Part shown: in pieces, positions 37,991 through 45,527 of the stretch | Position numbering within the stretch: position 1 is the stretch's first letter | Layout: each line of letters opens with the position of its first letter | Source: an uncultured Clostridia bacterium | GTDB taxonomy: Bacteria > Bacillota > Clostridia > TANB77 > UBA1234 | NCBI GenBank assembly: GCA_947164995.1 | Contig: CAMUYU010000002.1 | Location: forward strand, 3,909-67,908 | Length of the DNA: 64,000 nt | Reading direction: 5' to 3' | The notes under the pieces: model-generated | Seen by the model: the letters and a program-made list of their open reading frames with translations, nothing else | What the model was told of the DNA's origin: nothing | Database searches by the model: none | Program-made: the position numbers and the translations under genes

Positions 37991-38872
37991 ATGACTTATT
38001 TAGAAATGTTTAAAGAATTTTGGAATAAGAAAGGTCAATACATGACAATTTCAAATCCAAAAAGAAATTATGAAGCTTTCTGCAGACTATATAGTTCTGT
38101 AAAAAATGAATATGATATTGCAGATACTGTTGAAAAATACATAGTAGATCATAAAGCTTTTGTCATGCAAAAAGTACATGAAAAATTTTGTGATTATTTA
38201 AATATTGATAATAACATAAGAAGTAAGGACTTGAAAATTACAAATGTTGAAAGGCAATTGTACATTCTAAGAGATAGTCAGAGAGCATTTAAAATTAGTG
38301 AATTAAGTGACAAATATGATATTGTAGATGTAAGACCAGATGTTGATGCATTAAAAGATGGAAATGGAATTTCATTCTTGGGAACCGAGATAGTTCCGAA
38401 TATAAAGTACATAGGAGGAAACAAATATATTTATGAGGATACAGTACATCCGTTATTTTTAGCATTAAATCTTACAGAGGTTAATACTTTGTTAAAACTT
38501 TTACCAGATTTCTTGTCAAAAGTAGAATGTACAGATGGTGAGAAAAAAATGATTAAACTTTCTATTGGATTGCTAGAAAGAATGCAATATCAACTATCGG
38601 ATTATGCACTTGAAAGATTAGGATTGGAAAAAAAAGATATGTCTAACCAAGTCTTAAGATTTATACCTGAAAGTGAGATGCGAAAAGCTGAAGAAGGCAA
38701 TCTTATGTATTGGATAAAAAGAATGGAAAAAAATCAAAGAATAACCATAGATGGAAGTAAAGAATATATTGGTACAATTAAGATGGATGACAATGGATAT
38801 TATATTTTAACCACAGAAGAGAAAAAAATAAGAATTGATAATTTAGATACGTTATCATTTAGAGACTATTAA
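37991..38872 (+). CDS. Hypothetical protein (293 aa)
   Basis: The ATG at 37991 lies behind AAGGAGG, and a terminator follows. No motif was recognised. Confidence 0.55.
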   Translation: MTYLEMFKEFWNKKGQYMTISNPKRNYEAFCRLYSSVKNEYDIADTVEKYIVDHKAFVMQKVHEKFCDYLNIDNNIRSKDLKITNVERQLYILRDSQRAFKISELSDKYDIVDVRPDVDALKDGNGISFLGTEIVPNIKYIGGNKYIYEDTVHPLFLALNLTEVNTLLKLLPDFLSKVECTDGEKKMIKLSIGLLERMQYQLSDYALERLGLEKKDMSNQVLRFIPESEMRKAEEGNLMYWIKRMEKNQRITIDGSKEYIGTIKMDDNGYYILTTEEKKIRIDNLDTLSFRDY

Positions 38873-38878
38873 AATTTT

Positions 38879-38909
38879 GGAACGCACACCAAAAAGTGCG
38901 TTCCTTTTT
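38879..38909 (+). terminator. Intrinsic terminator
   Basis: The stem is GGAACGCAC/GTGCGTTCC, followed by a T5 run. Confidence 0.75.
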
Positions 38910-38971
38910 CATATATAATGACCTTGCTTTTATATAAAAAGCAAAAATAATTACATAAGGAGGTTATTTAT

Positions 38972-39523
38972 ATGAATAACTATAAGACTTTTAAAAATGC
39001 AGAAGATACTAGAAGATTTCTAAATGATATTTCTATAGTACACGTTAAGTCCAGTTATTTTAAGGATGTTATTAAGTACATAGCTAGACTTCAATGTCCA
39101 GATGGTTAATTTAGTCTTCTAAAAGGAAGTTTGCCTAACGATGTGTATATATACATGAATATGGAATCTACATTTATTTGTACTTCTATGTTTATAAAGG
39201 CATATTTGGCAAATCCAACTTGGTTTGAAAAAAACATAGGCATTAGAGCTTTAAAAAAGGCGTTACGAAGATGTGACAAGACATATTTCTGGGGACATGG
39301 CTATGAAGGATTGGAAGTTCAGCTAAAAACAATGAAAATGTTCTTTAAAAACGGGCTTAACTCATTTTTGAAATCATATTCGTGGATGGACAAAGCTTTT
39401 GCACATATGATTAAAGAAATCATGGATGATTACTATGAAAGACGTCGCTATAGAAAGTATGGTTTTGGATTTGGTAATTATAAATCAGAGATAAAGGAGG
39501 TTATTAAGCTATATGAGTACTAA
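38972..39523 (+). pseudogene. A 183-codon reading frame interrupted by a single in-frame TAA (39107-39109)
   Basis: The ATG at 38972 lies 7 nt after AAGGAGG. The 45 codons up to the TAA are in the same frame as the ORF-track ORF 39131-39523. The sequence across the stop reads ...ARLQCPDG*FSLLKGSLPNDVY... Confidence 0.5.
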
Positions 39524-40346
39524 GATATTCGTTTATGGAACTCTTATGGAAGGCATGGTAAATCATGCCTTCCTAGAGAATTCAAAAAAAGTGAAAGATG
39601 CTGAAATTGAAGGCTTTGATATGTACTTTTTAGGACATTACCCTGGAGTAATTAAGGGCTCTGGAAGAATTAAAGGCGAGATTTATGAGGTTTCTGCTGA
39701 TGTACTAAAAAGATTAGATGAGTTTGAAGGAGAGGGCTACCTATATGTAAAAAGGAATGTACAAGCAACTACTGGTGAAGATGTTCTTTTATATGTATAT
39801 AATCAGTCTATCGATAATAAGCCACAAATAGCATATGAAATGCAACCATACAATAAATTGGTTTACTATGTATCGTATGGTTCAAATATGCTTGAAGAAA
39901 GATTTATGACATATATTAAAGGTGGGAGATGTAGATTTAATGGTGTGACGTATAAACCTTGTCGAAATACTAATAATCCTATTATATCTTTGCCAATAGA
40001 GATACCATATAATATGTATTTTTCTAAAAAAAGTAATAGTTGGAATCAAATCTCAGTGTGCTTTTTAGATGTTTCTGAACCAGGGTTCGCATATGGTAGA
40101 GCTTATTTAGTAACAGAAGAGCAGTTTAAAGATATTCAAAGGCAAGAAGGTTTAAAGTGGTATGAAAATGAAGTGGAATTAAATTCTATTAATGGAATTA
40201 AAGCTAAAACATTCACTAATTTTCAAAACTTAGAGCATAAATCAGTTGATAAAGTTGGGAAAGAATATCTTCAAGTTTTAATATCAGGATTACAGGAAAC
40301 ACATGGTTTATCAGATGAAAAAGTGAAGGAGTATTTGTGTATATGA
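39513..40346 (+). CDS. Tandem gamma-glutamylcyclotransferase (GGCT/AIG2-like) fusion protein
   Basis: The N-terminal half reads IFVYGTLMEG...GHYPG...GEIYEV...LDEFEG (AIG2/GGACT-like). The C-terminal half begins YYVSYGSNMLEERF (GGCT YGSN motif). Confidence 0.65.
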   Translation: MSTKIFVYGTLMEGMVNHAFLENSKKVKDAEIEGFDMYFLGHYPGVIKGSGRIKGEIYEVSADVLKRLDEFEGEGYLYVKRNVQATTGEDVLLYVYNQSIDNKPQIAYEMQPYNKLVYYVSYGSNMLEERFMTYIKGGRCRFNGVTYKPCRNTNNPIISLPIEIPYNMYFSKKSNSWNQISVCFLDVSEPGFAYGRAYLVTEEQFKDIQRQEGLKWYENEVELNSINGIKAKTFTNFQNLEHKSVDKVGKEYLQVLISGLQETHGLSDEKVKEYLCI

Positions 40347-40406
40347 GAAGTAGCTTATTATCTCATAAAAGTTATTAATATGTAGGACTTTAAAGGAGCA
40401 ATTTGG

Positions 40407-40435
40407 TTGACATATTATACAAATTATGGTAAACT
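40407..40435 (+). promoter_or_regulatory. Candidate promoter for the restriction/defence operon
   Basis: TTGACA (40407-40412) is followed by a 17-nt spacer ending in TGG, then TAAACT (40430-40435). Confidence 0.35.
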
Positions 40436-40630
40436 TCAGCTGCTTAAATAAACCATTCTGACAAATATAGAAGATTTTTGATTCTTTTATTGTAACGTAG
40501 TTTTTATAAGAGAAATACTGATTTTCTTTTAAGTAACAATTGTTTTACAAATAATGTACATTTATGTTCAGAGATTACCTTGTGTGATAAACTGTTATCA
40601 TAAACAATTCGTGGAAAAGGATGATCATAT

Positions 40631-41905
40631 ATGTTTAGTAATGTTTTAGATTATAACAAGATAGTAATTGATAAAAATGGGGTTAAAACAAGAAGAGAAG
40701 GTATCAAATTGTACATTGATTGTATTTATAAGAACAAGACTTATGCTCAGAATTATAGTGGAGATGTATTATCTGTAATGATACCTGGGTCTGGACTTCA
40801 GGGCGGATTTAGACCGGTTGGTTCGAAAAATGGAAAGTATCCTACTCATGTTGCACTTTTCTCAACTAATAAAGATCCTTATTGGAGAGATGAATTAGAT
40901 GAGGAATTAGGTTTGTATATTTATTATGGGGATAATAAAAACCCCGGAAGTGAGTTGCATAGCAAAAAAGGAAATAGAATTTTAAAAGAAACTTATGAGT
41001 ATGTATCATCAGATTCATTTGAAGAAAGAAAAAAAATTGCTCCATTTTTTTTATTTGATCGAGATAATATTGGTGGAGTAAGATTTAGAGGTTTATTGAT
41101 ACCAGGATACAAAGGAATTCCGGCAAGAGAATGGCTGACTGCACTATGGGCAAAACGAGATGAGGGGGGTAGATTTCAAAATTATAAAGCAATATTTACA
41201 GTACTTGATACATCAAGTGGTAGCAAAGCTTATCCAAATGATGCTTCAATTGATATAAGATGGTTAGATGATATTGCTTTCGGAAAAGCTTATGAGAGTA
41301 TATATGCCCCAGTGGCATGGAAAAATTGGGTAAAAAATCCACAATGTTATAAACCATTAAAAACGAACGTATCACCTAAAATACGTTCTCAAGCAGATCA
41401 ACAACCCAAGCCAGAAGAAAGAGAACAAATAAAAATGTTAGATATGATTGTAAATTATTTTGAAAAAGATAGGACTAAATTTGAACCAATGGCAATAAGA
41501 TTAGCAATGTTATCTGACAATAATATTTTTGAGGACCCAAAGCAGACTCGAAAAGTCAAGGATGGAGGAAGAGATGGAATTGGTAAATATAGAATAATGA
41601 GTGGATTAAGCAATCCACTTCATACGACATTTGCAATAGAAGCAAAATGTAAAAAAAGAGATAATGCGGTTCATGTTCATGATACTGCAAGACTTATTTC
41701 TAGAATAAGACATCGACAATTTGGAGTATTTGTTACTACGTCATATGTTGACGAATACGCCTACAAAGAAATAATAGAAGATGATCAACCTATTTCAATA
41801 ATTGCGGGCAAAGATATTATTGACATATTATCTAAAGTGGAAGAAGTTCGAAATTGTGAACAATTACAGCAGTATTTAGAAGCAAATTTTCCAAAAGAAA
41901 AATAG
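40631..41905 (+). CDS. Restriction endonuclease with a C-terminal Mrr-type PD-(D/E)xK domain and an N-terminal putative DNA/modified-base reader
   Basis: The C-terminal part reads GGRDGIGKYRI...TFAIEAKC...FGVFVTTSY, with D...E-x-K spacing as in Mrr-cat. The N-terminal 250 aa are not assignable by eye. Confidence 0.65.
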   Translation: MFSNVLDYNKIVIDKNGVKTRREGIKLYIDCIYKNKTYAQNYSGDVLSVMIPGSGLQGGFRPVGSKNGKYPTHVALFSTNKDPYWRDELDEELGLYIYYGDNKNPGSELHSKKGNRILKETYEYVSSDSFEERKKIAPFFLFDRDNIGGVRFRGLLIPGYKGIPAREWLTALWAKRDEGGRFQNYKAIFTVLDTSSGSKAYPNDASIDIRWLDDIAFGKAYESIYAPVAWKNWVKNPQCYKPLKTNVSPKIRSQADQQPKPEEREQIKMLDMIVNYFEKDRTKFEPMAIRLAMLSDNNIFEDPKQTRKVKDGGRDGIGKYRIMSGLSNPLHTTFAIEAKCKKRDNAVHVHDTARLISRIRHRQFGVFVTTSYVDEYAYKEIIEDDQPISIIAGKDIIDILSKVEEVRNCEQLQQYLEANFPKEK

Positions 41906-41922
41906 AATGGGAGTCATATATT

Positions 41923-43041
41923 ATGAAGAAAATAAAAGTTTTTGAAACATTTTCTGGAATTGGTGCTCAAGCCAAAGCGTTAAAAAAAGCTAAAATAGAC
42001 TATGAAATTGTTGCCACTAGTGAGTGGTTTATCAACGCAATATTAGCTTATGATGCAATTAATTGCAGCGATGAAAAAATAGAAGTTCCGAACTATAAAG
42101 AACAAGTAAAGTATTTAAAAAAATTTACATTTAGTAAGGATTCTGTTACACCATTTAAAAATATAGAAAAATTATCTAAAAAAGAAATTGAAAAATTGTA
42201 TATTGCAAATAAAAGAAGCAAAAATCTAGGCTCTATAACTGATATTCATGCGAATATGATACCTAAGCATGATTTATTAACATATAGTTTTCCTTGTCAA
42301 GATTTGTCTACAGGTGGAAAAACAAGAGGTATGAAAAAAGGTTCGGGTACTAGATCTGGCTTGCTATGGGAAATAGAGCGAATTTTAAAGGAACTAAAAA
42401 AAGATAATCGCTTACCAAAGTACCTTTTAATGGAAAATGTGAAGGCAATATTGGCGGATTCTAATTCAATAGATTTTAATATGTGGAAAGAGTTTTTATC
42501 TAGATTAGGATATCGCAATGATGTTATGGTACTATCAGGCATAGATTTTGGTGTTCCTCAAGATAGAGAAAGATGTTTCATGATTAGTGTTATGAATGGC
42601 AAAAAAAATCCATTTGATGATATTAAAACTAAAAAGATGAAAGAAAAAGACATTCCCAAGTTCTTAAAATTAGACTATTCAAATGAAGTATTTAGAAAAG
42701 AGGCTGATGAGGCACAATTACCTAGAACGATATCACGCGAAAAGATGTGGAGTATTAATAAAAGAGATTTGAATAACTTAACTTTTTTTAATACAATAAC
42801 TACAAATATGGACAGGCAAAATAATGCTGGAATGATAGCATATTCTGGTCCAAAAGGGGATTCATATAGACTTCTTACAGCAAGAGAAGCTTTTTTGATG
42901 ATGGGCTTCAGTGATAAGGATTATGAAAATGTTAGAGAGCTTGATTTGAGTTATAGGAAGATGAATAAATTATCAGGAAATTCAATAATTGTTCCAGTTT
43001 TGGAAGCAATTTTTAAAGCAATGATTAAGGAGGATAAATAA
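41923..43041 (+). CDS. DNA (cytosine-5)-methyltransferase
   Basis: Motif I is FETFSGIGAQ, motif IV SFPCQDLS, motif VI ENVKA, motif VIII QDRERCF and motif X GNSIIVPV. Confidence 0.9.
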   Translation: MKKIKVFETFSGIGAQAKALKKAKIDYEIVATSEWFINAILAYDAINCSDEKIEVPNYKEQVKYLKKFTFSKDSVTPFKNIEKLSKKEIEKLYIANKRSKNLGSITDIHANMIPKHDLLTYSFPCQDLSTGGKTRGMKKGSGTRSGLLWEIERILKELKKDNRLPKYLLMENVKAILADSNSIDFNMWKEFLSRLGYRNDVMVLSGIDFGVPQDRERCFMISVMNGKKNPFDDIKTKKMKEKDIPKFLKLDYSNEVFRKEADEAQLPRTISREKMWSINKRDLNNLTFFNTITTNMDRQNNAGMIAYSGPKGDSYRLLTAREAFLMMGFSDKDYENVRELDLSYRKMNKLSGNSIIVPVLEAIFKAMIKEDK

Positions 43042-43043
43042 TA

Positions 43044-44075
43044 ATGCATAAAATATGTTTGCCCATTGATACAAAATCTTTATATATGAACATTTTAAAT
43101 GATAATGAAAGTGGGCATACTGCAACCGTATCAACTCCAATAAAACAGGGTAATTCAACAAATGATAAATTGATGGATGTATACAAAATTCCAAAGCAAA
43201 TATCAACTAAAGATAAACCTGATTTGGTTGAACAATTATTGAAAAACGCTAAATCAAAAGTTAGAATTAATAACATTTTTATTTTTAATAATATATATGT
43301 AAATATGGAACCAATAGAAGTAAATAATTATAGTTTTATTATATTTATCAAAGAAGAAATTGATCAAAGTAAAGTTCAGTTTGGAAGAATAAAATTGCAC
43401 TATCCAATAACCTTTCGATATGAAGATGATGAAGTGAATATTAACAATAAATATATATTTGGGCAAATATCCAAAAAACTAAATGATTATGCTTTTGTTG
43501 TAAATTCGTTTGAGTATTTAATTGAAAAGGATATTTTAAATTTTAATATCACAATTATTGGAGAAAATAAGATTCCTTACTCAAAGGTTTTTGTTAATAA
43601 CAAAGGAGTTGGCAATAAGTATACAAATACATTCAATGAAGTGGCTGATTCATATGATATGGAAATAATTTCATTAAAAAAGGTATTTGGTCAAATGGTT
43701 TCTCCTGTAAATTATATGGACTATATGTTAAAAGCAAAAGAATTAAGCAATGAATATATTAAAGATTTTCTGGATAATTATGGCGCAAGAAAAATAAAAG
43801 ATATTTCTTCTATGTATACTTACTCTCTATATGATTTTGAATATGAAATTAATGGAAAAAAAAGATTCGTTCTTGTTTTTTATACGGCATCTAAAATGGA
43901 GTATTTTAATATAACTTCTAAAAAGATGAGATTTTTAAGTGACTTTAAAGACAAAATAGATGTAATTATTATTTCAAATGTTTTTGAAAAGTATAAAATA
44001 AGCAGATATAGTGTGGATGAAATATTAAATTTTACTAAAAGTATTAATTCAATGATGATGAGAAAGGAGTTTTAA
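43044..44075 (+). CDS. Orphan protein (343 aa) inside the MTase-linked cassette
   Basis: The ORF starts 2 nt after the MTase stop and abuts the next start. It is N/I/K-rich and no catalytic motif was identified confidently. Confidence 0.55.
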   Translation: MHKICLPIDTKSLYMNILNDNESGHTATVSTPIKQGNSTNDKLMDVYKIPKQISTKDKPDLVEQLLKNAKSKVRINNIFIFNNIYVNMEPIEVNNYSFIIFIKEEIDQSKVQFGRIKLHYPITFRYEDDEVNINNKYIFGQISKKLNDYAFVVNSFEYLIEKDILNFNITIIGENKIPYSKVFVNNKGVGNKYTNTFNEVADSYDMEIISLKKVFGQMVSPVNYMDYMLKAKELSNEYIKDFLDNYGARKIKDISSMYTYSLYDFEYEINGKKRFVLVFYTASKMEYFNITSKKMRFLSDFKDKIDVIIISNVFEKYKISRYSVDEILNFTKSINSMMMRKEF

Positions 44076-45527
44076 ATGAGTAATCTAAAAAAGCAAGTTC
44101 CGCCAGCCAAGTCTTTTATAAGTGGAATACGTTCAATAGGATATACATTTTCAACTTCTGTGGCAGATATTATTGATAATAGTATTACTGCAAAGGCAGA
44201 TATTATAAGCATCTTCTCCAATCCTTTAGAAAAACCATATTTTGCAATATTAGATAATGGTCTAGGAATGACATATAAGGAGCTTGAAAATGCCATGGTA
44301 TTTGGCTCTGATAGAACTAGTAAGATTGATGATGAGCATGAATTAGGAAGATTTGGTTTGGGATTGAAAACAGCTTCATTAGCTCAGTGTAGGAAAATGA
44401 TTGTTATTGGTAAAAACAATAGTGAAGTTACAGGAATGTTCTATGACTTAGACATAATAGAAGAAAAAAATGAATGGCTTATGGGAGTTTTATCTGATGA
44501 AGAACTGAAAGAAGTTCCACATTTTGAGAACTTGCTTGAGTATGAAACGGGAGTTTTAGTTGTTTGGCAGGAGTTCGATAAGTTAGACTCTTTATCATCT
44601 AATTTTGTTAAGTCTTTTAGAGAAGCTGTAGCATCTGCAAAAAAACACGTTGAGCTGGTTTTCCACAACTTTTACAATACAGTAAATATCTTTTTCGATG
44701 GTGCAAGAATTGAAAAAAGAGATCCTTTTTTACTGGATTCCGCACCAAGGCAACAAACAGGAAGAACCACTTGTATTAAAATTGATAATTCTATTATAAA
44801 AGTTACACCATATACTCTTCCTTTTGCTAATACACTAACTAGAGAAGAAAAAGAATTGCTAGGTAATGTTTCTATATATGATGAGCAGGGTTTTTATATT
44901 TATAGAAATAATAGGCTTATTAATTGGGGAAGCTGGCTTCATATGAATGTTAGAAGTGAACTAGCTAAACTTGCTCGTGTTAAAGTTGAGATACCTTCAT
45001 CGCTTGATATAGAATGGAGCCTTGATGTGAAAAAGTCAATGGCTCAAATTCCAGATAAAATAAAAGACCAAATCAAGGCGGCTCTCAAGGACTCTGTTTC
45101 AAGAAGCAAAAAAACAATAAGATTTAAGGGAGTTCAAGAAGACAAATATAATTTAAAGATTTGGAATAGAACAAAGTTAAGGGACAATAAAGTAAAGTAT
45201 GAACTAAATAAAGAAAATCCACTATATTTGATTCTTGTTGAAAGAATAGATGATGAAGCTAAAAAATACTTAAACTTACTGATTGACCAAATAGAAACAG
45301 GATTACCGAAATATCGTGTGCAAATTGATGTTGATGATGGTATTGAAGTTGTAAATGATAGTGACATTAAATCTAAAAATGAGATTATTGAACAATTGGT
45401 TGAAATATTAAAAAATATACCTGAGACAAAAAGAAAGAGTGTTCTGTCAATCATGCTTGGTATTGATATTTACAAAAGTGTGGCAGATTGCAAAGATGAA
45501 ATTTTAGAAAGGTTAAATGATAAATGA
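44076..45527 (+). CDS. GHKL-superfamily ATPase (HATPase_c_3/MORC-like)
   Basis: The N-box is ADIIDNSITA, the G1 box LDNGLGM and the G2 box GRFGLGLKTAS. Confidence 0.8.
   Translation: MSNLKKQVPPAKSFISGIRSIGYTFSTSVADIIDNSITAKADIISIFSNPLEKPYFAILDNGLGMTYKELENAMVFGSDRTSKIDDEHELGRFGLGLKTASLAQCRKMIVIGKNNSEVTGMFYDLDIIEEKNEWLMGVLSDEELKEVPHFENLLEYETGVLVVWQEFDKLDSLSSNFVKSFREAVASAKKHVELVFHNFYNTVNIFFDGARIEKRDPFLLDSAPRQQTGRTTCIKIDNSIIKVTPYTLPFANTLTREEKELLGNVSIYDEQGFYIYRNNRLINWGSWLHMNVRSELAKLARVKVEIPSSLDIEWSLDVKKSMAQIPDKIKDQIKAALKDSVSRSKKTIRFKGVQEDKYNLKIWNRTKLRDNKVKYELNKENPLYLILVERIDDEAKKYLNLLIDQIETGLPKYRVQIDVDDGIEVVNDSDIKSKNEIIEQLVEILKNIPETKRKSVLSIMLGIDIYKSVADCKDEILERLNDK

Noticed and set aside
39107-39109. 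In-frame TAA as evidence for an alternative genetic code or readthrough
   Set aside because: TAA terminates many confident genes here (the giant protein, aspS, sanA), and TGA is also used as a stop (21342-21344). Standard code 11 fits the window.
40585-40600. Palindrome TGATAAACTGTTATCA, 30 nt upstream of the nuclease start, as a C-protein operator
   Set aside because: No controller (C) protein gene is present in the cassette, and a 6-bp-arm palindrome in AT-rich DNA can arise by chance. It was noted but not called.
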